Of a stretch of 56,375 bases of DNA, positions 1 through 10,118 are shown piece by piece. Position 1 is the first letter of the stretch. Every line of letters starts with the position of its first letter. Position numbers and translations under genes: made by a program. Source of the DNA: a virus (taxonomy: Duplodnaviria; Caudoviricetes); the IMG/VR virus record IMGVR_UViG_3300045922_001059, positions 1 to 56,375 of that record; one strand, 5' to 3'. The notes under the pieces are model-generated. The model searched no databases. It was not told where the DNA came from and was given only the letters and a program-made list of their open reading frames with translations.

Positions 1-58
1 CCAGCCTGCATAAGCGGGCCAGGTGCAAGCCCCTAGCTTTAGCTATGGGGTAGTTGAC
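1..58. mobile_element. Terminal (right-end-type) hairpin of an IS200/IS605-superfamily element (TnpB/IscB type) that extends left out of the window
   Basis: AAGCCCCTAGCT-TT-AGCTATGGGG hairpin followed by TAGTTGAC, resembling ends of TnpB/IscB elements. It joins the 3' end of the holin-like ORF. Confidence 0.65.
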
Positions 59-228
59 TTTGCCCCGACCGATTCCGACGACCGCCAGTTGTCTCGGGCC
101 GCAAGACCCACCCCGCCCATTCCGATCGCGATCATCAGATCTGCCACTTCAGGAAACAGCCCGAAGGATTTCAATACCCCACCCAAAGCACCAATGATGC
201 CAAATATTGATGTCACTTTACTGTTCAT
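43..228 (-). CDS. Holin-like small membrane protein; last codons supplied by the IS end
   Basis: 61 aa, two hydrophobic segments, charged tail (ARDNWRSSESVGAK), located after the tail genes. Confidence 0.55.
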   Translation of the reverse strand: MNSKVTSIFGIIGALGGVLKSFGLFPEVADLMIAIGMGGVGLAARDNWRSSESVGAKSTTP

Positions 229-251
229 CGATAAAGCCTTTCGTGTTCAGC

Positions 252-3200
252 TTATTGCCACACCGCCTGCGCGGCCACACCCGTCACGGCGACGAACGAC
301 CCGTTCGGGTCGAGCAGCGCCGTGCAGTCGCTATTGCCCAAGGCAAACCGATACTGCTTGCCCACGATGTTCCCGCTGGTCCTGAGCGGGAAGACCAGCT
401 GCGTGTACTGATCCTGCCCCAGGTCCAGGGCGACCGTCGCGTTCTTCACGCGCACCTGCCCGGCCACGAAGGTCCCGGTAATGCCGGTCAGCCGGTTGGT
501 CGTGGCCTCCCCGTCCGCGACGCCGATTACGGCGCCCGCGGGGAAGTAGAAGGCGTCCGCCGTGTCCTCGTCCACGCGCGTGAAGGCCTGCTGGTCCTCG
601 CTCATACACAGCGCCACGTTGGTCAGCGGCGGGTCGGCCGCGGTGACCTTGAGCGGGAGCCGCAGGCGCAGGCCGCCGTTGGGCCGCACGGTCAGCGTCG
701 TATCCGTGATCGGCGTGGCGCCGGCCTCGGTCCCGTGAAACCGCTCGATGCGGCCCGCGGGCTGTGACCACACGGGCTGCGTGGATGCAGGCAAGGTGCG
801 GACAGTGAAGTTCTCGCTACACACCTCCGGGCTCGCGCCGCCGCCGTCCGGGTCGCTGCACACCCGGAAGTGGTACAGCGTGTCCGCGGTCAGGCCGGAG
901 AGCGCGACGCTGTGGCTGGTGTTGTCCGCGCTCGTGTCCCCGGGGGTGCGATTCGCGTAGGGCGCCCCGTCCGTGTCCCAGTCCACGTTGCCGGTGCCGT
1001 TGACGCTGGTGGTCCAGGCGATTGTGACAGATGTGCTGGCGACGGCCGTCACCGCCGGTGTGCTCAGCGTGATGGCCGGGCTGCCGCCGAGGTCGATACT
1101 GGCACTCTCCAGCCGCAGCTCGATCAGGTTGCTGGTCGAGCCGTCATGTTTCACAGGCGAGAGCATCATGAGCGTGTCCCTCGCCGCGTCCGCGTCGTCG
1201 TCGTCGGAGTACTCGAGGTCGAACCCGAGCGAGGCGCCGGCGGTCAGGGCGACGTTGCCAAAACACGCCCGGGGGATCTTGAGCTCTACATCGAACGAGG
1301 CGTTATTCGTGGTTACGTTGGTTTGCAGCCCGGCGCACGCGCCGTTCTGCGCGCCGCTCGTGCCGTCCTGGACCACGTACACGCGCACGTCGTCCGCGCC
1401 CCACGGGCCGGTGCTGTCTTTGTTGCCGTCCACGTAGACGGCGATCGAATCGTCCCGCCACCACTGTGACCCGGAATCCCGCTTCGTCGTATCGTCCGTG
1501 GCCTGAAAGCGGAGCCACAGGTTGTCCGCGTCACGCAACACCTGCAGCGTGCCGCGCATGTCGCTGTTGCCGGTCCACTTGTCGGACCCGGACTTGATAC
1601 TGCCCGCCGCGCTCGACACGTCCCGCGTGGGCACGTTCGCCCACTCCGCGCGGCTCGTATCGACGGCAGGCGTCCCGTTGGTGTAGGCAAAGGCTTGCAC
1701 GGCGGGGATCTGTTCGCTCCCGCCGGCCACGTTATTGGTACAGGCGGCCGCGCCGAACGTCCGGGCCTCGCCGAACATGGCCTCGCCGATGCGCGCGCCG
1801 TTCTTCACGCAGCCGTAGGCGCTGCACGCCAGCGTCACTGCCTGCGCGGCCGTCACCGCCGTCTGCAGCGTGTGGTAGACCTGCGAGGTGCCGTTGATCG
1901 ACACCCCGGTGACCGTGGCGGCGCCGCCCCCGACGGTCACGGGCAGGCTCGCGTTCGTGGCGCTGGTGAGCGGCGCGCCGTAGTTGGTGTTCCAGGTGGA
2001 GACCAGGGTCGTGGCGTTGACGCTCCCCACCTCGCAGGCGACCAGGGTGGGCGGGTCGCGCTCCGCCCCGCGATCGACCCCGGCGCCAGTGTACGTTAAC
2101 GCCGGGCCGGCGGCGATGCCCGCGTCGATCGCCGCGCTCCCGTTCTGCACCCCGAAGCGCTTCGCGGCCGCGTCGATGAAGCTGGCGGTGGCGTTGGCAC
2201 TATTGGTCTCGCCGCTGGCCGTCACCCACTCGGCGTAGGTCTTGTTGGCGGTGAGCCCGGTGCACTGCTGCCCGCCGCTCCCGTCGCTGTCAGGCGAGAT
2301 GTAGAAGAGGTTCCCGCTGCCCTCGTACTGGTTGTGGGAGAAGGTGTAGTTGCTGAGCGCGCTGCGGAAGTTGCCGTTCTTGGTGATGCCGATGGCCACC
2401 CCGTTGCCGACGAACACATTGTTCCGCACGGTGTTGCTCTGCGACTCGCGCACACACACCCCGGCGGCGTTGTTGTAGAAGGTGTTGTTGTACGCGACGT
2501 TGTGCTTGGGGTAGCGGTCCTGGGTGGAGCCGAAGCGCAAGGCCTCGGCGTTGGCATTGCTCTCGACGATGTTCTCGTAGATCTGGTAGCCGTCGCACCC
2601 GGCTTCGATGTAGAGCATCACGCCGCTCTGCGTGTAGCCGTAGAGGTGGTTGCGGCGGATGACGTTGCGACTGTTCGCGTTCTGGCTGCCCGTATCACAC
2701 TTGATGACCCCGAGCCCCAGGGTCCCTACGGAGGCCGCGTTCGCGCCCGTCGCCCAGTTCTCCTCGACGATGTTCCACAGCGCATCGTCGCCGAATTTAA
2801 TCGAGTGGTCGATGCAGTTGGTCCCGCTCCCTTGCAAACTACACTTACTGTTGGTGATCTTGTTGCGCCGGACCCGCACGGCGGTGGACTGATCGATCCA
2901 CACCGAGCGGCCGTAGTTCCCTGCGAACTCGTTCCCCTCGATCAGGTGGCTGGTGACCTCGGGGCCGGGGTCGGTGGCCGGGCCGACGGCCTGCAGCCAG
3001 ATCGTGGCGGCGGGGCCGATATTGCCCCCGGCGTTGTCGTTGCCGTTGTTCTCGAACTTGTTGTTGACGAACTCCCACCCCAGGATCGGGGTCGTCGCCC
3101 GGTCAGCGTCCGCGTTACGCACGCGGATGACGTAGCGCATCTTGGCGTTGCGGATGTGCAGCCCCTCGATCCGCACATAACTCTTGTCGGTCGCCGAGAG

Positions 3201-3575
3201 CCAGGCGGTGTTACAGGCGCTCTCTGTGCCCGTGCACCCGGGCAGGGTCGGATCGATGATGGCCTGGCGGGCGTTCTCGGCCTTGATCGTCACGAGGGCG
3301 GTGGCAGACGTGCCGCCGACCGGGAGGGTGATCGGGTTCTCACTATATGTGCCGTCGCCCACGATCACCGTGTGGGCGCCGCCGGTGGTGAGGCACTGCT
3401 CGACGGCGTTCTTGAGCGTCCGCTTGCGGTCCGCGGCGGTCGCGCTCTGCGCCGTGGCGCACGAGTTGCTGTCGCTGCCCAATGTGCCGACATAGTATGT
3501 CGCTCCCCAGGCGGGGACGGTCCGAGCGAGGAGGAGCAGGAGGAGAATACCGTGCCACCATATCCGCATCTGCAT
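252..3575 (-). CDS. Signal-peptide protein: right-handed beta-helix (pectin-lyase-like) + CBM9/DOMON-like sugar-binding + FN3-like domain; possible depolymerase or adhesin
   Basis: Start reassigned to ATG 3575 (AG-rich RBS). Hydrophobic leader ...VPAWG/ATYYV; parallel-beta repeats (YNNTFYNN, VRNNVFVGN, SAAIDAG); CBM9-like DD...DDSIAVYVD...VELKIP; FN3-like HSVALSGLTADTLYHFRV. Confidence 0.75.
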   Translation of the reverse strand: MQMRIWWHGILLLLLLARTVPAWGATYYVGTLGSDSNSCATAQSATAADRKRTLKNAVEQCLTTGGAHTVIVGDGTYSENPITLPVGGTSATALVTIKAENARQAIIDPTLPGCTGTESACNTAWLSATDKSYVRIEGLHIRNAKMRYVIRVRNADADRATTPILGWEFVNNKFENNGNDNAGGNIGPAATIWLQAVGPATDPGPEVTSHLIEGNEFAGNYGRSVWIDQSTAVRVRRNKITNSKCSLQGSGTNCIDHSIKFGDDALWNIVEENWATGANAASVGTLGLGVIKCDTGSQNANSRNVIRRNHLYGYTQSGVMLYIEAGCDGYQIYENIVESNANAEALRFGSTQDRYPKHNVAYNNTFYNNAAGVCVRESQSNTVRNNVFVGNGVAIGITKNGNFRSALSNYTFSHNQYEGSGNLFYISPDSDGSGGQQCTGLTANKTYAEWVTASGETNSANATASFIDAAAKRFGVQNGSAAIDAGIAAGPALTYTGAGVDRGAERDPPTLVACEVGSVNATTLVSTWNTNYGAPLTSATNASLPVTVGGGAATVTGVSINGTSQVYHTLQTAVTAAQAVTLACSAYGCVKNGARIGEAMFGEARTFGAAACTNNVAGGSEQIPAVQAFAYTNGTPAVDTSRAEWANVPTRDVSSAAGSIKSGSDKWTGNSDMRGTLQVLRDADNLWLRFQATDDTTKRDSGSQWWRDDSIAVYVDGNKDSTGPWGADDVRVYVVQDGTSGAQNGACAGLQTNVTTNNASFDVELKIPRACFGNVALTAGASLGFDLEYSDDDDADAARDTLMMLSPVKHDGSTSNLIELRLESASIDLGGSPAITLSTPAVTAVASTSVTIAWTTSVNGTGNVDWDTDGAPYANRTPGDTSADNTSHSVALSGLTADTLYHFRVCSDPDGGGASPEVCSENFTVRTLPASTQPVWSQPAGRIERFHGTEAGATPITDTTLTVRPNGGLRLRLPLKVTAADPPLTNVALCMSEDQQAFTRVDEDTADAFYFPAGAVIGVADGEATTNRLTGITGTFVAGQVRVKNATVALDLGQDQYTQLVFPLRTSGNIVGKQYRFALGNSDCTALLDPNGSFVAVTGVAAQAVWQ

Positions 3576-3588
3576 CGTTCCCTCTCCC

Positions 3589-6141
3589 CTATTGCCCGCT
3601 CGGGCATTCGCCGGAATATGACGCGACGCAGGGGATGCGTCGCATGTTGTTAAATACCAGGTCCTTGATATTCCCGCTGAAGTCATAACTGCCCCACGAC
3701 CACGATTTCCCGGTATCCGACTCCAGCAGCAACTGACCGCAGCCGAGACAGGAGTTATACGAGAAGATGAACCCGTACTTTTGCATGGCCCGCAGGATAA
3801 TTTTCGTGTGCCTACCGACAGCGAGTGCGTTGACATCAATGTTCGGGTCAAGCATGAGGCGCTCGCCGAGGTAGCCGGCGGCCGGGCGGTCAGAGATCCC
3901 GGCGCGATACGCATTGCACGGCACGAACCCCCAGTGGTCCGGCTTACGCTCGCCCCAATAAGCGAACGCGATGGCGTGCTTGATCTCGCCCGCGTCCAAT
4001 TCCTCCTTTCGCACCGTCCCGTGAATGCGGGCAGAGGCCGTGCACGCCCACACCGCCCCGCCGAAAATATTGTCGTATGGGTTTAGGTGTCCGCGCCCGG
4101 TGAGCGGCCATTTACGCGCACCGCTGGCGCTCCACGTCGTGGCATCCGTCTTCTTTGCCGCGTACAGCTCCCAAACATACCCGTCCCCTTCGTTGACGAC
4201 AGACACCCAGCCGTCCGTACCGCCTGGCGGGACGCACTCCGCCGGCATCCGGCCCTGGTGCCAGCCTTGCTCCTGCGCCCCTGTCTTAATCCCGGAAACC
4301 GTAATAATCGGGTCGGACGGGGTGGCGGTGCAGAGCCGGTTGCCGTATTGCGTACGGCTGAACGTCAGTGACGAGGTGTTGTTCTTGATGTCGTTGACGA
4401 ACGCCGCCGAGTTCGGGTGTGGGTTGGCGAACGCCGCCACGAGCCCCGCCTGGTCCGTCGCAATGAGCTTGTACCAGGTGCTGGGCTGAACGAAATAGGG
4501 GCCAACCCCGTCCGTGCTGGCTGCGGCGGTGGTGAAGGTGATCTCACTGCTTGTGCCGGTGTTCCCCGCCGCGTCGGTCACGTCTACGACCGCGAAATAC
4601 TGCGTCGCCGCGGCCAAGGCGGAGAGCAGGATCAAGCATGTCCCGTTGTTGCTCGAGGTCGTCCCGGACGCATTCGGGTAGCTTCCCGTACTGGTCCCGT
4701 ACCGCACCCGGCACACCCCCTCCTCATTGGTGTTAGCCGTGACGGTCGCCGCGTTTGTGCCAACGTTACTCGCCGCCGGGCTCGTCACGGTCGGGGCCGT
4801 GGTATCCGGCGTCGTCAGTGTGCCGAGGGAGGTGGGTGAGTACTCACACAGCCCCCAGGTGGAAATATCGTTGAATTGTCCGAGGTTGGCCGAGTACGAA
4901 ATCCTTTGGAGGACGCTCGCCCCGGTGCCGGCGTCGCGGTCGCGGAGCATAAAGTTACAGAGCCCGAACCGCTGCGCGGACCCGTCGAACCCGAGATCAC
5001 AGGCCCCCTCGATCGTGTACGTGTTACCGCTCACCCCCCGCGTGAGTGTGCAGTTCCCGTTGTACGTATTGTTTGCACTCCCGTTCGGGTAGTTGCGGTC
5101 CAGGTAATTCGGGGTCACATTCGCACTCACCGCGAGTTTATACGTGGTCGCGGTAAAGGTCTGTGTCTGGTCGCTCTTCCAGTGGAACTCCGGCCCGTCG
5201 TCGTTGAAGATGGCACTCGAATCGTTACTCGACGCCGCGGCCTGCAAGTCGGCGTCCGTCCACTTCGCGCAAAAGTGCAGCCGGTCCGTTGCCGCGTTTT
5301 CCCACACAAACTGAAACGAGACGTCGCTGGTCGTGGTATTGTCCACGCCACGAAACTGGACCACGTTCGCCCCACCCCCCCCCCAGACTCCTTCTGTGCA
5401 CGCGCCGTTGTGCGTAATGGCATTCGTTCCCTTTTCGAGGATCGTGTAGTCCGGGGTCGGGGTGCCGCCCGCGGCAGACGGGAGCACAGGCACTGTAGTC
5501 GGTGAGGTACTGACATAAATGGCGTCCAGCGTTACCACGGACGACGACGGGGCGACGTACAAACAGGCCTCGCCGTTCAGTGTAAACGTCGCCTGGCTGG
5601 TGCCATGCCCCCCGGTCAGGAAGTTAAGGTCACGGCCGACCGGTCCCACCCACCCATATGTGCTTTCGGAGGTAAAGAGCATGGCCGCGGTGCTGTTACT
5701 CGGGACGGAGGGAATGGGAATAGTGTCGACCCACACTGTGTTGGTCACCGGACTCGCCACCGCGGCCGCCGTCTTCGCGTGTATAAACACGTAGTACGCA
5801 CCATTCGTGAAATTTCCACAGACCCAGACCTGCCCGGCTCCACCGACCTTCCCCTGGGACAAACGAACCGCGTTCCCGCCAGACGCCACGCCGTCTGCAA
5901 CAATCTCTATCGTTGCAGTCCGCCCCCCGCTTTCAAATTCCGCGGCATACCCTCCGGTTACCGAGGCGAAGGCTGCGGAGGTAGGGGATTCGTCAACCCT
6001 CTCGTCCCCGTCATTGTCGCGCCCGTCAGCGCACGTCGCGTGACCCGCGAGGGGACACTCAGGGGCAAAAGACGGCCTGGCGGCCTGTGCCGGTACGGTC
6101 AGCAGAAGAAGAAGTGCGATCTGCAGTACAAGCTGTGTCAT
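3589..6141 (-). CDS. Signal-peptide protein with CBM9-like and FN3-like domains and an uncharacterised C-terminal domain
   Basis: Start at ATG 6141; leader MTQLVLQIALLLLLTVPAQA; NDDGPEF...YTIEG sugar-binding-like segment; DTTAPTV...DAAGN FN3-like module. Confidence 0.65.
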   Translation of the reverse strand: MTQLVLQIALLLLLTVPAQAARPSFAPECPLAGHATCADGRDNDGDERVDESPTSAAFASVTGGYAAEFESGGRTATIEIVADGVASGGNAVRLSQGKVGGAGQVWVCGNFTNGAYYVFIHAKTAAAVASPVTNTVWVDTIPIPSVPSNSTAAMLFTSESTYGWVGPVGRDLNFLTGGHGTSQATFTLNGEACLYVAPSSSVVTLDAIYVSTSPTTVPVLPSAAGGTPTPDYTILEKGTNAITHNGACTEGVWGGGGANVVQFRGVDNTTTSDVSFQFVWENAATDRLHFCAKWTDADLQAAASSNDSSAIFNDDGPEFHWKSDQTQTFTATTYKLAVSANVTPNYLDRNYPNGSANNTYNGNCTLTRGVSGNTYTIEGACDLGFDGSAQRFGLCNFMLRDRDAGTGASVLQRISYSANLGQFNDISTWGLCEYSPTSLGTLTTPDTTAPTVTSPAASNVGTNAATVTANTNEEGVCRVRYGTSTGSYPNASGTTSSNNGTCLILLSALAAATQYFAVVDVTDAAGNTGTSSEITFTTAAASTDGVGPYFVQPSTWYKLIATDQAGLVAAFANPHPNSAAFVNDIKNNTSSLTFSRTQYGNRLCTATPSDPIITVSGIKTGAQEQGWHQGRMPAECVPPGGTDGWVSVVNEGDGYVWELYAAKKTDATTWSASGARKWPLTGRGHLNPYDNIFGGAVWACTASARIHGTVRKEELDAGEIKHAIAFAYWGERKPDHWGFVPCNAYRAGISDRPAAGYLGERLMLDPNIDVNALAVGRHTKIILRAMQKYGFIFSYNSCLGCGQLLLESDTGKSWSWGSYDFSGNIKDLVFNNMRRIPCVASYSGECPSGQ

Positions 6142-6151
6142 CCCATGTCCC

Positions 6152-8458
6152 TTACTCACTTAAAGTGGCGAACGCCGAGTAGACATTGAAGTCCGCGCTC
6201 GCACTCGCGGTCTCCATTTGCAGCGTCACCTCAAATGTCCGGTTCACGGTACTGTCAACCGCGAGGCTGCAGGCACTCGACCCAAAGCTCGACTGGCTAT
6301 ACCACCCTCCCATCCGTTGCGCGTTCGTCGCGCCCTTCGCCGTCAGCCAGACGTTGACGCGAAGTGCCCTGCGGGATGTTGATGTGCCGACTGACGGGGA
6401 GGCAATCGTGCACGACGAGCCCCCATATTTTGCACGCACCGTGTAGGTGACACCCGCCCCTGTGTTGTTGAGCTGGTCGCCATCCACCTCCACGCGCAGT
6501 TGACGGTCCGTGCCGAGGTCATTGCCATTGACCGTAAAACTGAAAACGGTTGTCTCCACAGTGCTATTCGACACCGAGGTGGTGCCGACGTTGCGCGCGT
6601 AGACGGGTTGTCGCGGAGTCGCCCATTTGACCCCCGCTGACTGCGCCGAGTCAGCAGTCAACACCTGCCCGTTTGTGCCCACGGCAACCCGGGCCGCGGC
6701 ATCGGCGCCGGTACCAGCAGCGATGTCACCTTTAGCGTCCCAGATCACGTCGGACGCCACGGCCCCGCCCCTCGCCTTGTAAATGACAAGGTCTTGATGG
6801 CCGGCACGGAGGGTCGCCGGGGCCACGGTTACGATGGTCGCGTCGTTTGACGCCTTCCGCACAGTGATCGACCCGGTTGTGGCGGCACTCTTCTTGACCG
6901 CAAGAATATTCCCCCAGTTTGTCCTGGCAGTCGAGACGGCCGTGGTCCCGTTCAGGGTAACCGTCTCGATAGAGAGGTCAGAGCTGTCCCCCCCACTGGT
7001 TGTCCCGTAAATAGTCACATTTTGTGTGGTATCTCCGGTAGCACTAGAGAGTACCTCCACACCATCGTTCGACGGCTGTGTAGAGAATGTGCCGGTCCCG
7101 GCAAAGACCTCAACCTCGCGCCCAAGTGCGCTGGCACGCGCGAAACGAACGGCATCTGCGCGTCCGGCGAACGTGGCAGTCTCTCCGTCATTCACCTCGA
7201 CGTATGCATCGCCGAGGTCAGCGAACGCCCGCGGGTTGCCGCCTGCGCCATCCGAGCAAAAATACTTCTCTTCGTTGGCAGTGTCCGTAAACGTCTGCCT
7301 GTCGTCCTCACAGGTGCCGGCGCCGGGCGGGATGCCTTGCGCAGTCGTCAGGGCCGCGGGGACAGTGGACATGGCAAACGTACCGTCCGGCGTCAGGCGG
7401 GAATATCCGTTCGGGCCGTTTGCTCCTATCCCCCCAAATATTCCGTCCTCATTGATCGTGAGCAGGTCGCTGCCCGCGCTATTCTTGACCCGCAGCACCC
7501 GCCCCGCGCCCAACTTCCAGGTCTGGTCACACGGCGTGACCCCGTTGAGGCACTCCACGACGAAGCCGGTGGTAGAGTCGAGGTACCACCGCACCTGCAT
7601 CATCCCGTCCTTGAGGACCAGCGGGTTGGCCTCGTTGGCGTTCTCGACGGTACGGTCCACGTTGGTGACGGCCGTGAGGCCGGGGGTGGGGACGGTCGGG
7701 TTGTGGAGCGGCACAGCCTCCCCGGCCCGGCAGACGCAGGCGAGCGGCGGGGCGCCGGCGGCCAGGTCCTGACAGTTCGTCGTCTCTTCGACCACGAACG
7801 CGACATCATCCCCGAGCGCGCCACAATCTGGCAGGGCGGCCGTCGTATAGCGCGTCAGTTTCGGGGCGATCGCGCCGTTCGCGTCGCGTTGCAGAACCGT
7901 ATTGGGGGTATTCGCGGTGGTCCCGACCGGGGTGCGGCCCCGCTCGTTCCACTGGCTGCCGTCATACGTCAGCATCAGCGTCCCGCCCGCCGGCATCACG
8001 AACGGCGTGGACTGGAGCGCGAGCACCCCGGCGCTTGTGCTGAAGGTCGCGGTGTTGCCGCCGACGTTGTGGATCGTTGTCGTGCGCCCCGACGCTATGC
8101 CGGTTTCGTCCATGGTCACGGTACAGCCGTCGGGGTCCGCGGTCTGGAGATGGACGTTCGCGGCGCCGGGGAGGATCGTCACCGTGCCGGGGTTGGCGTC
8201 CCCGGAGTCGCCGCAGATGACCAGTTGCGGGGTGGCGCTCACCGTCCAGGTGAGGTCCGTGACGGCGCCCGGCACGGCGCAGTTAATCGCTGTCGCCCCC
8301 GGGGTACATGTCACCCCGGCCCCCTCCATGTTCAGAATGGGGCGGGGCGGGAGGGCCACGCCGTCTTGCGCCACCCGCGGCGGCGGCGGGATGAGCTGCG
8401 CGGACGCCACCCCGGCCCACGCGAGTAGCCAGCACAGGAGGCCAATACTCCACCGCAT
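6152..8458 (-). CDS. Tail-fibre-like protein with N-terminal signal peptide
   Basis: Start at ATG 8458. AKGDIAAGTGADAAARVAVGTNGQVLTADS...GVKW and ANTPNTVLQRDANG motifs are typical of phage fibres; leader MRWSIGLLCWLLAWAGVASA. Confidence 0.65.
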   Translation of the reverse strand: MRWSIGLLCWLLAWAGVASAQLIPPPPRVAQDGVALPPRPILNMEGAGVTCTPGATAINCAVPGAVTDLTWTVSATPQLVICGDSGDANPGTVTILPGAANVHLQTADPDGCTVTMDETGIASGRTTTIHNVGGNTATFSTSAGVLALQSTPFVMPAGGTLMLTYDGSQWNERGRTPVGTTANTPNTVLQRDANGAIAPKLTRYTTAALPDCGALGDDVAFVVEETTNCQDLAAGAPPLACVCRAGEAVPLHNPTVPTPGLTAVTNVDRTVENANEANPLVLKDGMMQVRWYLDSTTGFVVECLNGVTPCDQTWKLGAGRVLRVKNSAGSDLLTINEDGIFGGIGANGPNGYSRLTPDGTFAMSTVPAALTTAQGIPPGAGTCEDDRQTFTDTANEEKYFCSDGAGGNPRAFADLGDAYVEVNDGETATFAGRADAVRFARASALGREVEVFAGTGTFSTQPSNDGVEVLSSATGDTTQNVTIYGTTSGGDSSDLSIETVTLNGTTAVSTARTNWGNILAVKKSAATTGSITVRKASNDATIVTVAPATLRAGHQDLVIYKARGGAVASDVIWDAKGDIAAGTGADAAARVAVGTNGQVLTADSAQSAGVKWATPRQPVYARNVGTTSVSNSTVETTVFSFTVNGNDLGTDRQLRVEVDGDQLNNTGAGVTYTVRAKYGGSSCTIASPSVGTSTSRRALRVNVWLTAKGATNAQRMGGWYSQSSFGSSACSLAVDSTVNRTFEVTLQMETASASADFNVYSAFATLSE

Positions 8459-8465
8459 GCCGCCC

Positions 8466-8855
8466 TCACTTCGTCGAGACATCGACGTCCACGGCCGAGG
8501 TCTGGCTGTCCAGGAGCGCGCAGAGGCTCCCGGCCCACCCCTCGTGGTTGACCGAGTGCACGTAGGTCCCGCCCTGGAGCACCTGCACGCAACCGTTTGG
8601 CGAGGTGACCCCGGGGCAGGTGCCGGCCTGGTGGTTGACCTCCGCGGGGTTCGCCTCGCAGACCCATATGGGCACGGCTGCCGCGAACGGCACCTGCACG
8701 CGGGCCGAGTAGCGAATGGCTTGGGCGATCAGCGTCCCCTGGCTGGCGGAGGTGACGGCCACCCGCGACCGGACGACCCCGACAGTCGTTTGGGCAAAGG
8801 CGGGCTGGACGCTCAGGGCGAGCAGGGCCACGAGGGCGACATTACGAAACCACAC
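8466..8855 (-). CDS. Small exported protein (signal peptide, beta-rich, Cys)
   Basis: Leader MWFRNVALVALLALSVQPAFA; tightly packed in the operon. Confidence 0.6.
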   Translation of the reverse strand: MWFRNVALVALLALSVQPAFAQTTVGVVRSRVAVTSASQGTLIAQAIRYSARVQVPFAAAVPIWVCEANPAEVNHQAGTCPGVTSPNGCVQVLQGGTYVHSVNHEGWAGSLCALLDSQTSAVDVDVSTK

Positions 8856-8915
8856 GCACCGTACCCGCGTCCCTCGTGGAGGATCTGGTGTAGGGATATT
8901 GTAGCCGACGCCCCC

Positions 8916-9473
8916 CTAGCGATCAACCGCACCGGGGCGCCCCTTTATCATCGCCGCCCGCTGTGCCCCCGCACGCCGCCGCGGCGCGTCCGGGCGGGCC
9001 ATGGCGGCCTTCTCCTTCAGGCGGTCCCCGCAGTGGCAGTCGTCCTCCGCGACGCACCGGCAGGCGTGCGCGTCAACCGACCCCGCGAACGCGCGCAGGC
9101 ACTCGAATTCTCCCGCGACCAGTACCCACCCCGCCATGTTCGCGTCCAGCGGGAGGTCCTCCTCGCGGACGCACTGCGCGCGCCCCAGCGTAAACAGGGC
9201 CTCCTCCAGCCCCCGCACGGCCGCGGCCCGGTGCTCCGGGGAGGAGAAGGCGGCCTCGTTGAGCGCCCACACCCCGGTCCCCGGCACGAGGCGGACCACG
9301 CACGTCCCCCCGCGGCCGTGCGGGTGGCGCGTGTGGTCGCAGGGCGCCCCCTCGGCGCACATGTCGCAGTCGATGTCACAGCACGGCGCCGGGCAGTTCG
9401 CCGCCGTCTTCTTCCACACCCGCCCCGGAAAACTCCAGCACTCCGGGCTGCCGTGTTCCCATATGTGCAGCAT
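8916..9473 (-). CDS. Cys/His-rich hypothetical protein (paralog of 9720..10118)
   Basis: CPAPCCDIDCDMC...PCDH...GGTCVVR motif shared with 9720..10118. Confidence 0.6.
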   Translation of the reverse strand: MLHIWEHGSPECWSFPGRVWKKTAANCPAPCCDIDCDMCAEGAPCDHTRHPHGRGGTCVVRLVPGTGVWALNEAAFSSPEHRAAAVRGLEEALFTLGRAQCVREEDLPLDANMAGWVLVAGEFECLRAFAGSVDAHACRCVAEDDCHCGDRLKEKAAMARPDAPRRRAGAQRAAMIKGRPGAVDR

Positions 9474-9535
9474 CTCTACACCTCCCTGTGGCTCTGCGCC
9501 GGCGGCCTACGGAGAGGGCGGCCGCAGGTCCCGCG

Positions 9536-9736
9536 TCATTGCGTTTGTAGGCGAGCAGCAGCTTCTGGATTGCGTGCATTGACATATCTGTAGGCCTGCA
9601 GGTTCCGGATTTGCGGTTGCATCACAGGCCCTAGCACTGGGTAATTCTGCACATACTGGGCCTGCGAAGGGTATAAAAACGGATTATTTGAGTATCCCGC
9701 AAAACCATAGCTTCGCGGGTCATTCGGGTTTGGCAT
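9536..9736 (-). CDS. Hypothetical protein
   Basis: 66 aa ORF with GAGGAG RBS, overlapping the upstream ORF end. Confidence 0.45.
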   Translation of the reverse strand: MPNPNDPRSYGFAGYSNNPFLYPSQAQYVQNYPVLGPVMQPQIRNLQAYRYVNARNPEAAARLQTQ

Positions 9737-10118
9737 GCTGTACTCCTCTTAGTAATTGCAGCCGTTGTGTTCCCGCCTTTCGCGGCTGGCCGGGCTGCGC
9801 GGCCCTCCAGGCGGCTATAGTTCCTTCATTAACAGCACATACATGAGGGGCCGGACTGTCGGGGCATGGACAGGCCGTGTACGCAACCACACGTGGGAAA
9901 TGCTGCACCCTTTCCCACAGGCCCAACCCATCGACCGACTCGCCCACATTTCTTGACACACACATCCCGCCTTCCCCGTCCCGGTGATGCGGACATGGCC
10001 GGTCTGGCGGACAGGTGCAGGCGATGTCACACGCCGAGCAGGGGCAGGCGTGAGGCTCCCGGATGGCGTGAGAATTGCTGAAATAATATAGGCGGTGGCC
10101 GTCAAACACGGTCAGCAT
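9720..10118 (-). CDS. Cys/His-rich hypothetical protein (paralog of 8916..9473)
   Basis: CPCSACDIACTC...PCPH...GGMCVSR; start overlaps upstream stop. Confidence 0.6.
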   Translation of the reverse strand: MLTVFDGHRLYYFSNSHAIREPHACPCSACDIACTCPPDRPCPHHRDGEGGMCVSRNVGESVDGLGLWERVQHFPRVVAYTACPCPDSPAPHVCAVNEGTIAAWRAAQPGQPRKAGTQRLQLLRGVQHAKPE

